In this document: piece by piece, positions 1 through 9,873 of the stretch
Numbering within the stretch: position 1 is the first letter of the stretch
Layout of the letters: each line of letters starts with the position of its first letter
NCBI GenBank assembly: GCA_965208835.1
Contig: OZ242358.1
Coordinates: 2,560,001-2,624,000 of the forward strand
Direction: 5' to 3'
DNA from: Candidatus Latescibacterota bacterium
Lineage (GTDB): Bacteria > Latescibacterota > UBA2968 > GCA-2709665
Length of the DNA: 64,000 nucleotides
Made by a program: the position numbers and the translations under genes
Notes under the pieces: generated by a model
What the model was told of the DNA's origin: nothing
The model's input: only the letters and a program-made list of their open reading frames with translations
Databases searched by the model: none

Positions 1-501
1 CATCCGGGCGGCGATTCTCTCGACCAGTTGCACGATGTTCTTGAGCTTCATGCTCGCTTTGGGAAGATGTCGGATCTTGTTCTGCTTGAGGCCCTCGACC
101 TCTTCGGAAATCGCATCGAAGTGATCCCGCTGGTCGAACAGATCGGCATCGGGAAGATTCATCAGGGCCCTCAGTTGACCTTCGACACGATCCAGTGCGG
201 CCATGTAGGCGTCGATGCAGGCCTGATCGGGACAGCCAACCAGATCCAGAATTTCCTGATGTGTGCTTGCAATCTGGGCATCCACACCGGCGATCTGCTG
301 TGCGATCTTGTCTCCGGCGTCCTTGCACTCCTGTACTTTCTGCTTGGTATCCTGGATCTCCTGCTGCACGCTTGCAAGCTGCATTTCATACTCTTCGTAT
401 GTCATTCCGTTATCCGACTGGGCAAGGGCGACCAGCGGAACAAGAGCAATCGCCAGCGCGGTGCAGACGAGCGAAAACCCGATGTGTGTACGATTCTTCA
501 C
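1..501 (-). CDS. Secreted coiled-coil protein, 3' end outside the window (possibly LysM-type envelope protein)
   Basis: Not in the ORF track; translated by hand. GTG at 501 after a GAAAGGAG RBS gives MKNRTHIGFSLVCTALAIALVPLVALA-QSDNGMTYEEYEMQLASVQQEIQDTKQKVQECK..., open to base 1. Signal peptide (ALA cleavage) plus heptad-rich helix. The + ORF 28..705 is its antisense shadow. Confidence 0.75.
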   Translation of the reverse strand, partial: MKNRTHIGFSLVCTALAIALVPLVALAQSDNGMTYEEYEMQLASVQQEIQDTKQKVQECKDAGDKIAQQIAGVDAQIASTHQEILDLVGCPDQACIDAYMAALDRVEGQLRALMNLPDADLFDQRDHFDAISEEVEGLKQNKIRHLPKASMKLKNIVQLVERIAARM

Positions 502-517
502 TGGAAACTCCTTTCCA

Positions 518-793
518 TTACGGATTCATGGCGTTCTGCACGGCGTCCCTATCGGCGGTCAATCTTTGAAGTTCCTGTTTCTTCTCAGCCAGCGTGCGTT
601 CCAGTTCAGCCCGCTTCTGCCGACAGGCATTCAGGTCCGCTTCGGCCGCTCGCGCGTTGTTCCGAGCCTCCTCCAGCATCTGAAGGTCTTCTTCGGATGC
701 CATGACATGACAGCCCGACAGAAGGGGCAGCAAGAACAGCACCAGCACGACGCCAAATCCCGTAAAACGATCCATCAAGTTGCGCTTTGCCAT
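518..793 (-). CDS. Small coiled-coil lipoprotein
   Basis: Basic N-terminus, hydrophobic stretch, lipobox LSG-C, then about 60 aa of amphipathic coiled coil; AAGGAG RBS upstream. Confidence 0.75.
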   Translation of the reverse strand: MAKRNLMDRFTGFGVVLVLFLLPLLSGCHVMASEEDLQMLEEARNNARAAEADLNACRQKRAELERTLAEKKQELQRLTADRDAVQNAMNP

Positions 794-930
794 CGATGTC
801 TCCTTAGGGACACGTGTTCATGCGTTGAATGGACGATGAATTGGCAGACAAACTGAAACCGGCGTTCTAAGGCAAACATAACGGAAAAACGCGCGAAATC
901 ACCGTCTGACGACGCTACATTTATGCCACC

Positions 931-959
931 AAATTACTACAAGAATAGGTTGAAGTCAA
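931..959 (-). promoter_or_regulatory. Sigma70-like promoter for the lipoprotein operon
   Basis: TTGACT-N17-TAATTT on the minus strand. Confidence 0.5.
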
Positions 960-999
960 GTAAAAAATCCACATGAACGCTCGTACGAAAACGCGGTCA

Positions 1000-2802
1000 T
1001 CAGGTTCGGGGATGACTCGATTCGCCGCCCAGTAACCGGATTCCCAGTTCACTCAACTGGTCCGCGTCGACCACGGACGGAGCGCCGTCCATCAGGGAGG
1101 CGGCATTGTTGGTTTTCGGAAAGGCGATCACGTCGCGGATGTAATCCCGGCCCGCCATGAGGGCGATCAGTCGATCGTACCCGAAGGCGATCCCTCCGTG
1201 GGGAGGCGCGCCATACCGGAAAGCGTCCAGCAGAAATCCGAATTTCTCTTCGGCTTCACCCGGAGAAATGTCCAGAAGTTCGAACATTTTTTCCTGAATT
1301 TCACGGCGGTGGATACGAATGCTGCCGCCTGCGATTTCGTTCCCGTTCAGGACGAGGTCGTACGCCCGCGCACGTACGCCCGACGGGTCCGTAGCCATTT
1401 TGTCTATGTCCTCGTCCAGTGGCGAGGTGAACGGGTGGTGGCACGCCGCATAACGTTTTTCGTGCGGGTCCCATTCCACGAGCGGAAAATGCGTAACCCA
1501 GCCGAAGCTGAAGTGATCGCGATTCCGCAGATTCAGCTGACTCGCCAGCCTCAGGCGCAGATTGCCGAGTACTTCGGCTACAACGGCCGGCTGGTCGGCC
1601 GCGAACAGCAGCAGATCGCCGGATTCGGCGTTGAGAGCCCGCTTAAGAAGGACCTGCGCCTGTTCCGGGAAGAATTTGACGATGGCCGATTCCATACCGT
1701 CGTCGGTCACCCTGATCCATGCGAGACCCTTGGCGCCGTATCCGCTGGCAAAAACGCCCAGGTCGTCTATCTGTTTACGGGAGAACCCGGCACATCCCTT
1801 CGCGTTAATGCCGCGAACCTGGCCCCCGTCGGAAAGCACACGTTTGAACACCTGGAAGTCTGAGGCTTCGGCGGCCGCGGCCAGGTCGACGATTTCAAAA
1901 CCGAAACGGGTGTCAGGTTTGTCGGAACCGTAGGTGTCGATCGCCTCCTTGTGGGTGAGGCGGGGAAAGGGACGCGGCAGGTCGATATCCAGGATTGCCT
2001 CGAAAAGGCTGGCAGTCAGCCGTTCGGCGGCCTCCATGACGTCTTCTTCATTGACGAATGACATTTCGATGTCGATTTGCGTGAATTCCGGCTGCCGGTC
2101 ACCGCGCAGGTCTTCATCTCTGAAGCAGCGCACGATTTGAAAGTACCGGTCGAATCCGGCCACCATGATAAGCTGCTTGTAGGTCTGAGGGGATTGGGGC
2201 AGAGCATAGAAGTGCCCCGTGTTGATCCGGCTGGGCACCAGATAGTCTCGTGCCCCTTCCGGCGTACTCTTCATCAGAAACGGGGTCTCGACCTCGATAA
2301 AGCCGTCATCGGAAAGGAGTCTCCGCGTGGCTTGCGATATGCGGTGCCGCAGCAGGATGTCGGCTTGCAGGTCCGGTCGGCGAAGATCGAGGTATCGATG
2401 ACGGAGCCTGATCTCTTCGTTGGCATCCGACTCGGCTTCGATGAGAAACGGCGGCGTCTCCGATTCATTCAGAATTCGAAGTTCGGATGCCTCGACGTCG
2501 ATTGCGCCCGTGGGCAGGTTGGGGTTGGCCATGCCTTCAGGCCGGGACTCCACCCTTCCCCTGATCGCCAGAACGAACTCATTCCGTATGGCTTCCGCCT
2601 TCATGTGTATTTCGGGATTCAGATCGGGCCGAAATACGACCTGCGTGAGCCCGTTTCTATCGCGCAGGTCGGCAAAAATCACGCCGCCGTGATCCCTGCG
2701 TTTGGAGACCCACCCCATGAGCGTGACCTGCCCGCCGATGTCGCGGGCGCGCAGGTCGCCGCAGGAGTGCGTGCGTTTCCAGTCGCCAAGGGATTCCGCC
2801 AT
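1000..2802 (-). CDS. aspS: Aspartate--tRNA(Asp/Asn) ligase, probably non-discriminating
   Basis: RTHSCG, RRDHGG, TPEGARDYLVPSR, LPQSPQ, FRDEDLR, QPEFTQID and GAPPHGG motifs. His in RRDHGG and Gly in RPEG are non-discriminating signatures. ATG 2802 (TTG 2808 is an alternative). Confidence 0.95.
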   Translation of the reverse strand: MAESLGDWKRTHSCGDLRARDIGGQVTLMGWVSKRRDHGGVIFADLRDRNGLTQVVFRPDLNPEIHMKAEAIRNEFVLAIRGRVESRPEGMANPNLPTGAIDVEASELRILNESETPPFLIEAESDANEEIRLRHRYLDLRRPDLQADILLRHRISQATRRLLSDDGFIEVETPFLMKSTPEGARDYLVPSRINTGHFYALPQSPQTYKQLIMVAGFDRYFQIVRCFRDEDLRGDRQPEFTQIDIEMSFVNEEDVMEAAERLTASLFEAILDIDLPRPFPRLTHKEAIDTYGSDKPDTRFGFEIVDLAAAAEASDFQVFKRVLSDGGQVRGINAKGCAGFSRKQIDDLGVFASGYGAKGLAWIRVTDDGMESAIVKFFPEQAQVLLKRALNAESGDLLLFAADQPAVVAEVLGNLRLRLASQLNLRNRDHFSFGWVTHFPLVEWDPHEKRYAACHHPFTSPLDEDIDKMATDPSGVRARAYDLVLNGNEIAGGSIRIHRREIQEKMFELLDISPGEAEEKFGFLLDAFRYGAPPHGGIAFGYDRLIALMAGRDYIRDVIAFPKTNNAASLMDGAPSVVDADQLSELGIRLLGGESSHPRT

Positions 2803-2873
2803 GTTCAAGACTCCGTTAATTGGACACGATGTAACGCGGGAATGCCGGTGAGGCGCACCCGAAGATCATATCT

Positions 2874-4163
2874 TCAACGTTGACGATAATGCCTTATGAG
2901 TTCTGCGAGTTGTCCGACGTTGCAGGATGGGAGGACGGTCTGATCGCCGGTTGCCAGATTCTTCAGCAGGACGGTTTTGGAACTGACTTCGTCGGGGCCG
3001 ATGATCGTGACAAACGGGATTCCCTTGCGGTGAGCGTATTTCAGTTGGCGGTCCAGCCGCTGGCCGGGATTCAGACCGAGTTCCACGGCGAGCCCCCGGG
3101 ATCTGGCCAGACGCGCATATGACGCGGCCTGTTCGGCCGTGTCCTCCGAGAAGACCGAAACCAGCAGGTCCGCGACCGGCGAGGTCACGTGGTCAAGCAG
3201 ATCGGATTCTTTCAGCAGTTCGGTTATTGCCATGTCACCAACCGCAAAACCCACGCCCGGCACGGGCTTTCTGCCACCGACCTGCAGGGTCAGGTTGTCG
3301 TATCGGCCGCCGCCGAAGAGGGCGCGCCTGAGTGAATGCGTCGCCCAGGCTTCGAAGACGATGCCGGTGTAATAGTCGAATCCGCGCACGATTTTCAGGT
3401 CGGGTTCCACGTATTCCGAAACGCCGTTCCTCTCAAGCAGCCGGATGACCTGTTCAAGCCGCGGCGAGAACCCCGGGTCCTTGCTTTTCAACATCTCTAC
3501 GAGCCCGTCAATCTGTTCGGAATCCAGGCCGAGCTCGGCCAGACCGCCGCTGAACTTCTCGAAAGGCACTTTGTCGATCCGGTCGACGATCGCGAACAGC
3601 GGCCGGATCTGACCGGAGCGAAGGCCGAAGGAGCGGATGAGATGGCATTCGAGGCCCTGTCGATCATTGACCTTTACCGTCACCTGATCCGGAGACAGTC
3701 CGAGCGTCTTGAAGAGTTCACAGGCGATCGTGATGATTTCGGCGTCGGCATGGACGGTGTCGCTTCCCAGCAGGTCGATGTTCCACTGAAAGAAGGACCT
3801 TCCTCTGCCGCGCTGCGGGCGTTCGTATCGATAGAATCGTCCGTAAGATTGCCAGCGCAATGGAAAGACAAGGCGATCTTCCTCCTGGGCTACCATGCGA
3901 GCCAGGGTCGGCGTAAGCTCCGGACGAAGGACCAGGGATTTTTCGTCGCGGCCGGACAACGTGAACGTCTGCCGGCTAACGATTTCCTCGCTGGTCTTGC
4001 CCAGGTAGAGGTCCATGTACTCCATAACAGGACCCTCGTATTCCTGGTAACCGAAGCCGGCGCCGAGTGCGATGAACGTATCACCCAGCCATTTTTGCAG
4101 GGCCCAGTCTTCAGGATAGAAATCCCTGACACCCTTGACGCGGGGGATGAGGTCGGTCGCCAT
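2874..4163 (-). CDS. hisS: Histidine--tRNA ligase
   Basis: KGVRDFYP, LRPELT, RYERPQRGR, VRGFDYYTG, GGGRYD motifs and a C-terminal anticodon-binding domain. Start moved to ATG 4163, downstream of the promoter. Confidence 0.95.
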   Translation of the reverse strand: MATDLIPRVKGVRDFYPEDWALQKWLGDTFIALGAGFGYQEYEGPVMEYMDLYLGKTSEEIVSRQTFTLSGRDEKSLVLRPELTPTLARMVAQEEDRLVFPLRWQSYGRFYRYERPQRGRGRSFFQWNIDLLGSDTVHADAEIITIACELFKTLGLSPDQVTVKVNDRQGLECHLIRSFGLRSGQIRPLFAIVDRIDKVPFEKFSGGLAELGLDSEQIDGLVEMLKSKDPGFSPRLEQVIRLLERNGVSEYVEPDLKIVRGFDYYTGIVFEAWATHSLRRALFGGGRYDNLTLQVGGRKPVPGVGFAVGDMAITELLKESDLLDHVTSPVADLLVSVFSEDTAEQAASYARLARSRGLAVELGLNPGQRLDRQLKYAHRKGIPFVTIIGPDEVSSKTVLLKNLATGDQTVLPSCNVGQLAELIRHYRQR

Positions 4164-4213
4164 CGTGTTCCGATTCCAGTTGGATAAGCCCTTGATTTTC
4201 AGCCAAATCGACA

Positions 4214-4242
4214 AAGATACACACAAGCCTGCTCAATGTCAA
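4214..4242 (-). promoter_or_regulatory. Sigma70 promoter of hisS-aspS
   Basis: TTGACA-N17-TATCTT on the minus strand. Confidence 0.6.
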
Positions 4243-4248
4243 GATTTA

Positions 4249-5472
4249 TCAGATTTCCGGCCGAAATGCGGATTCGAGATGCTGGATTCGAGGCGAGCCG
4301 TCCCCGAAGTGTACAGCGATCACGTCGAAACGCGGCGCCAGATCCGGGGCAGGGTGGCGTTGAAGATACGCGCTGGCTGTACGCGCGATCTGGCGCTGTT
4401 TTTCCCTGGTAACGCGGACTTCAGGAGGGCCGAAACCCTTTGCGGCGGTGGTCTTGACTTCGACAAACGCAAGAACAGGACCCCTCGACACGATCAGGTC
4501 GATTTCTCCGCCTCCCGCCCGGTAATTTCGCCGGAGAATCCGGTAACCCGTTCTTGCGAGCATGGCCGCGGCCGCGTTTTCCCCCCTCTTGCCGGTCCGG
4601 AAGAGTTGGGTCTGCACATTCCTGACGCGAGTAGGACGTTCATCCTTGTCCGCTGTGCCTCCGGTCATTCCGGAGAATTCCGGCGCGCTTCCGGAATGGT
4701 TCGCCGACCGCACCCCTCTAAAGGACAGCCGGTGGATCCGGCACGGGCCATGTACGCGCAGTGCCCGCCGGTGCTCTGCGCTGCCATACCCCTTGTGGTC
4801 CGCGAAGCCGTATTCAGGGTATTCTTTATGGAAAGCGGCCATTTGGCGGTCTCTGGTCACTTTGGCGAGTATGGATGCAGCCGCAATGGAGAGCGAAACG
4901 GCGTCGCCGTCGATCACAGCGGACTCGCGGTATGGACTCCCGGGTACGCCGGCGCCGTCCACAAGAACGTGGTCGGGTGGGACGTCAAGCCGCTTGATAG
5001 CACGGCGCATGGCGAGATAGGTGGCCTGCAGGATATTGATGCGGTCGATTTCCTCCGCCGAAGCCTCGCCAATGCCATGGGCAACAGCGGTTTCGGTGAT
5101 CCGCGCGTAAAGGCTCGACCGCCTGTCAGGCGTGAGTACCTTGGAGTCGTTCAGGCCGGGAATCACGACCTCCCGGGGAAGAATTACCGCGGCGGCGACG
5201 ACCGGACCGGCCAGGGGCCCGCGTCCGGCTTCGTCGACACCCGCAATGCGGCAAAGGCCCCGCTCGTGCAGTTGCTTTTCCAGGGCCCGCATTTTCTCCA
5301 GGCGCGCACGTTCGGTCGTGACGGATTTTCTGCGGCGGCGCTCTTTGAGGACCAGACGGCGAACGCCGGCCCGAGAATCGGCGTCCAGTATATCCAGCAG
5401 CGCTGCATCGATATCGTCTGGACAACGAAGCAGATCTCGAACTTGAGAAATGGTGAGACCGGATACGTCCAT
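4249..5472 (-). CDS. rnhB: Ribonuclease HII fused to a C-terminal YraN (UPF0102) endonuclease-like domain
   Basis: [33 protein letters not shown] and HKGYG, followed in frame by [38 protein letters not shown]. Likely start ATG 5472. Confidence 0.9.
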   Translation of the reverse strand: MDVSGLTISQVRDLLRCPDDIDAALLDILDADSRAGVRRLVLKERRRRKSVTTERARLEKMRALEKQLHERGLCRIAGVDEAGRGPLAGPVVAAAVILPREVVIPGLNDSKVLTPDRRSSLYARITETAVAHGIGEASAEEIDRINILQATYLAMRRAIKRLDVPPDHVLVDGAGVPGSPYRESAVIDGDAVSLSIAAASILAKVTRDRQMAAFHKEYPEYGFADHKGYGSAEHRRALRVHGPCRIHRLSFRGVRSANHSGSAPEFSGMTGGTADKDERPTRVRNVQTQLFRTGKRGENAAAAMLARTGYRILRRNYRAGGGEIDLIVSRGPVLAFVEVKTTAAKGFGPPEVRVTREKQRQIARTASAYLQRHPAPDLAPRFDVIAVHFGDGSPRIQHLESAFRPEI

Positions 5473-6021
5473 GGGAACGAATTTCTGGCAAACGGCAGCG
5501 GTTATTGAGGCTGTTGACAGCGGTAATCCAACGATGTGGACGCGGAAACCCGGATCCTCGTGGTACGACCGCTGAATTATGGACGAACTCTCCTGAACAT
5601 GCAAGAAAAAGCGGCCGCGGCCGACGCAGACCGGATGACGGTCCCGAAGGGGTCAGGACCAGGCCGGCTGGATCCGAAGAGCGTCCCGGCACGCACCTGG
5701 CCGGTTGATGCCGCAAGTAACGCCGCAGAGGGCACGGCCGGCCTTCATCCGCCGGAGTTTGAATTCAGCGATGTATATTTATATATTAGTCAATCTGCCT
5801 TCTGAACGCCGTTCGAACCGCGATTACAGGTTTGGTGGCAGCGGGAAACGCCGGGCGCCAGGCATGAACAGGTCGACCCTTCACTTATTAACTGGAATTT
5901 TTAGTTGATTCTGTGAGCGCCTGTTATATGGATCTTCTCATTCCTCCGTCAAGCCATGTTCAAGTTGATAGGGCGTATTGCACGCCAAGGCCGATGCCTT
6001 TCTTGAGGATAGTCTCCGGAG

Positions 6022-7794
6022 ATGAAGGTGGAACCCCCATCGAGAACTGAAAATTTCCGAAAGTTGCTCGAATTCGTCCGGCCGTACGCCGCGAGGCTGT
6101 CCGGCGCATTGGGCTTGACCGTGATGCTGGCGGTTCTGGGAATGTTGCCGCCACTGATCGTGATGTACATCGTCGACGAGGTTATCGTGAGCGGCCGATG
6201 GGAGATGCTGGAGATTATGGTTGCGTTGCTGGTCGCGGTTCCTGTGCTGACGGCTGGTTTGCGTGTTGCAAACGCGTTAACACTCGCGTACGCCGCTCAC
6301 CGATTGATCATGAATGTGCGCCTCTCGATGTACAGTCATGTGTTCCGGCTCGCCATGAGCTTTCATGACGAAATGGGCACTGGCAAAATCATGTCGCGGA
6401 TGATGGGGGACGTGGCAACCGTGCGACAGATGGTTACGATGCAGGTGCTGCGCACGGTGACGGACCTGATATCGATTGTAGCGGCGCTGGTAATCTGCTA
6501 CGGGCTGAACTGGAAACTCGCTCTGCTGATGACCATTCTGATGCCGCTGTACATTCTCAACTACAGGATCTTCGTAGGTCCGATCCGTACTTCCAGGCGC
6601 CGTTGGCGGCAGAAGATGGACGATGTGTCGGTCGGACTGCAGGAGCGGCTGAGCGGGGTACGGCTGGTAAAGGCCTACGGCCGCGAAAAACGCGAGGACA
6701 GGGCATTCGCGGAAGAAACCCGAGCCGGCATGGACTTCGCGATGCAGGCGGAAACGCATCGTGCCTCGGCGCGTTCCGGTTTCTGGGTGGTGTCAGGAAT
6801 CCGTAATACCCTGATTTTCTGTCTGGGATGCTATTTCGTCATTCAGGGGGAAATGACGTACGGCGGCGTTATGGCCTTTCTGGCGTACGCCATGCGGGTT
6901 TTCGAGCCTATTTTGAACCTGATGAACGTCGGTATACAATTCGAAGACATGATGGTTTCCGTAGATCGGATTTATGAGATCCTGGACCATCCGGTGGAGA
7001 TCCGCGACGCCCCCGATGCGCCGGACCTTCCCGCAGTCACGGGCCATGTCGTTTTTGAGAACGTGGGATTCGAGTACAAGGCCGGTGAGCCCGTTTTGGA
7101 GGATATCTGTCTTGACGTGCAACCGGGGCAGATGGTCGCTCTGGTCGGTCATACCGGATGCGGGAAAACGACGCTGACCAGCCTGTTGATGCGGTATTAC
7201 GATGTAACGGAAGGCGTAATACGCGTTGATGGACACGACATCCGGGAGGTGAAAGTCCGGTCCCTCCGAAGACAGGTCGGTCAGGTGCTGCAGGACTCCG
7301 TGCTCTTCGACGCGACGCTCAGGGAGAACCTTTGCTACGGCAGATCTGACGCGCCTGAACGGGACGTAATCGACGCGGCGCGCGTGGGTGAGATCCACGA
7401 GTTCGCGATGCGAACGCGGGATGGATACGATACCAGGGTGGGGGATGACGGCATCAAGCTCTCGGTCGGCGAAAAACAGAGGCTTTCCATCGCGCGGGCG
7501 GTGCTCACCCATCCCGGGATCCTTATACTGGACGAGGCGACTTCCTCGCTGGATTCTCTCTCGGAAGCCCTGATCCAGAAGGCAATGGCCAGTGTATTGA
7601 AGGGACGTACGTCGTTTGTCATCGCTCACAGGCTGTCCACCGTATTGGCTGCCGATTTAATCGTCGTTATGGATCAGGGAAAAATCGTTGAGCGGGGCAC
7701 ACACGACGTGTTGATGCGGATACCGCACGGAATTTACCGGCGTCTTGTCGACCAGCAGTTTGGAGACGTTGAATCCGGGATCGAGGAAGTCTGA
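6022..7794 (+). CDS. ABC exporter half-transporter (TMD+NBD), subunit 1
   Basis: TM domain; Walker A GHTGCGKT; signature LSVGEKQR; Walker B ILILDE; AHR switch. Confidence 0.92.
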   Translation: MKVEPPSRTENFRKLLEFVRPYAARLSGALGLTVMLAVLGMLPPLIVMYIVDEVIVSGRWEMLEIMVALLVAVPVLTAGLRVANALTLAYAAHRLIMNVRLSMYSHVFRLAMSFHDEMGTGKIMSRMMGDVATVRQMVTMQVLRTVTDLISIVAALVICYGLNWKLALLMTILMPLYILNYRIFVGPIRTSRRRWRQKMDDVSVGLQERLSGVRLVKAYGREKREDRAFAEETRAGMDFAMQAETHRASARSGFWVVSGIRNTLIFCLGCYFVIQGEMTYGGVMAFLAYAMRVFEPILNLMNVGIQFEDMMVSVDRIYEILDHPVEIRDAPDAPDLPAVTGHVVFENVGFEYKAGEPVLEDICLDVQPGQMVALVGHTGCGKTTLTSLLMRYYDVTEGVIRVDGHDIREVKVRSLRRQVGQVLQDSVLFDATLRENLCYGRSDAPERDVIDAARVGEIHEFAMRTRDGYDTRVGDDGIKLSVGEKQRLSIARAVLTHPGILILDEATSSLDSLSEALIQKAMASVLKGRTSFVIAHRLSTVLAADLIVVMDQGKIVERGTHDVLMRIPHGIYRRLVDQQFGDVESGIEEV

Positions 7795-7840
7795 GTCGTG
7801 ATTGTATTACGTTCATTCGTCGTGCAGAAATGAACCTGGC

Positions 7841-9796
7841 ATGAATCCGTATCTCAAACGATTTGTGGCAAACTATATCCGTCCGTTCTGGATCCGGGTC
7901 GCACTGGTGATGGTGCTGGCGGGTATAACGGGATCCTATTTCTATATTCTGGGTTTCATCACCAAGACAACGGTGGACGACGTACTACAGATCCGGCCCG
8001 GGAGCATCGAAGACGCGGGTGCGGGCCCCGCCGACCCGGCACAGATACGGCCCCCGCACGGGACACAGGGTCAGAAAATCGGGCGTGACCCTCAGCGGGT
8101 CCTGCCGCATAGCTGGGACACGGATCGTCCGCAACCGACCAGAACCCGGTCGGAAAAGATCAAATGGCTCTGGGTCGTGTTTGGCGTCTATATGGTCGTG
8201 CGCCTACTGTTTGCCGGGTTGAACTGGTTCTTCAATTACAACATTGCGTTTGTGGGCAATCGGATCGTCTTTCGGGTACGGCTGGATCTGCACCAGAAGG
8301 TACAGAAACTGCAGATGGCTTTTTTCGACAGGAAACAGATCGGAAAGATCATGTCGCGCATTCTGGACGATGTACAATTGCTGCAAAGCGAGGTGACCAC
8401 GACCTTTGTCGAAACGATCGGCCATGCAGCCAAGATCCTGATCGGTATCGTGGTGTTGCTGCTGATCAACGTCGAGCTCGCCGTCTTCGCGCTGCTGGCG
8501 CTTCCACTCTACGTACTCACTTACCGGTTATTCCAGCGCCCATTATCAGAGACGTTCGCCAGGATGAGAGAAGCCTACGCCGACACGTACGGCACCCTGG
8601 AAGAACGGGTTCGAGGCGTTCGGGTTGTGTACTCATTTGCGAATGAACGCGCGGAACGAAGGTTGTTTTTCAGACGTCTCGCATCCATTTTCAGGCTGTC
8701 CGTGAGGAATTCGGTGCTGAACGCCAGTCTGCGCGCGGTCTGCGCGGCCATCAGCGCCGCGGCGGGCGCACTGATCCTGTATTGGGGGGCGTTGATGGTC
8801 CGCGACGGAAACATGACGGTGGGGGAGTTGATCTATTTCAATATGTCGCTTTCCAATCTGTTCATGCCCCTGGTTGCGCTTACCAATGTAAACGTGGTCA
8901 TCAGGCAGATGATCGTGGTCGTTTCCCGAGTGTTCGAAGTACTGGACGAGGAGATCTTGATTCGGGATCGTCCGGGAGCGATCAACCTGAAACATGTTCG
9001 TGGCCGCGTGGTATTCCGAAACGTATGGTTCCAATACAATGCCCTCGCGGACGCCGTAGTAAAGGATTTGACTTTCTCGGCCAGGCCGGGTACGTCCGTG
9101 GCGGTTGTGGGGCCTTCCGGGGCTGGAAAAAGCACGCTGTTGAGCCTGCTGCTGAGGCTCTATGAACCAACGCACGGGAGTATTCTGCTGGACGACTACA
9201 ACCTCCGGGACCTCCGTCTGTCGTGCATCCGGAGGCACGTCAGCATGGTGCCGCAGGAACCCGTACTGTTCTCGGGCACGATCTCGCAGAATATCGTGTA
9301 CGGAAGGGATGGCGCGACGCCGGATCAGATCATGGAGGCCGCCAGGCGCGCTGAGTTGCATGACTTCATTATGAGCCAGCCGGAGAAATACGAAGCCCGT
9401 GTCGAGGAAGGCGGCAGCAATCTGTCCGGGGGTCAAAAACAGCGCCTGGCGTTGGCAATGGCGATCCTGACCGACCCGGCGATCCTGATCCTGGACGATA
9501 CCACATCGGCGCTGGATGCCGGTACCGAGGCGCGAATCCAGAAGACTCTGGATCAGGTTATGGACGGAAGGACGACATTCGTAATCACACACCGGATTTC
9601 AACGGCCGCCCGCGCCGACAGGATCCTGGTACTCGAGAATGGACGAATGGCCGGATGGGGGACCCACGAGGAACTGCTGTCTCAGGGCGGGGTATACAGT
9701 CGGCTGAACGACGAGCAGCAGAGTCCGGCCGCGGTGCATGCAGGATTGACCGAAGGCGGCGCCGGCGGGCAGACCGGTGAGAACACCATTAACTGA
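7841..9796 (+). CDS. ABC exporter half-transporter (TMD+NBD), subunit 2
   Basis: Walker A GPSGAGKS; signature LSGGQKQR; degenerate Walker B ILILDD; THR switch. Start ATG 7841. Confidence 0.92.
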   Translation: MNPYLKRFVANYIRPFWIRVALVMVLAGITGSYFYILGFITKTTVDDVLQIRPGSIEDAGAGPADPAQIRPPHGTQGQKIGRDPQRVLPHSWDTDRPQPTRTRSEKIKWLWVVFGVYMVVRLLFAGLNWFFNYNIAFVGNRIVFRVRLDLHQKVQKLQMAFFDRKQIGKIMSRILDDVQLLQSEVTTTFVETIGHAAKILIGIVVLLLINVELAVFALLALPLYVLTYRLFQRPLSETFARMREAYADTYGTLEERVRGVRVVYSFANERAERRLFFRRLASIFRLSVRNSVLNASLRAVCAAISAAAGALILYWGALMVRDGNMTVGELIYFNMSLSNLFMPLVALTNVNVVIRQMIVVVSRVFEVLDEEILIRDRPGAINLKHVRGRVVFRNVWFQYNALADAVVKDLTFSARPGTSVAVVGPSGAGKSTLLSLLLRLYEPTHGSILLDDYNLRDLRLSCIRRHVSMVPQEPVLFSGTISQNIVYGRDGATPDQIMEAARRAELHDFIMSQPEKYEARVEEGGSNLSGGQKQRLALAMAILTDPAILILDDTTSALDAGTEARIQKTLDQVMDGRTTFVITHRISTAARADRILVLENGRMAGWGTHEELLSQGGVYSRLNDEQQSPAAVHAGLTEGGAGGQTGENTIN

Positions 9797-9873
9797 AGAT
9801 GAAGGGTTGTAAAGGATGGGAGAGTCAGGCGGGAACGCAGGCAACGCGCAGTGACGATATGTCCGGGCCGTGC

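Noticed and set aside
28-705. 225-aa + strand ORF
   Set aside because: Antisense shadow of the two minus-strand genes, which have RBS and signal peptides.
4135-5508. 457-aa + strand ORF
   Set aside because: Antisense to rnhB-yraN. Long shadow ORFs are expected at this GC content; the same applies to 15539-16738, 28942-30588 and 60775-61851.
5536-5908. Short ORFs in the rnhB/ABC intergenic region
   Set aside because: No clear RBS or recognisable motif; probably divergent promoter DNA.
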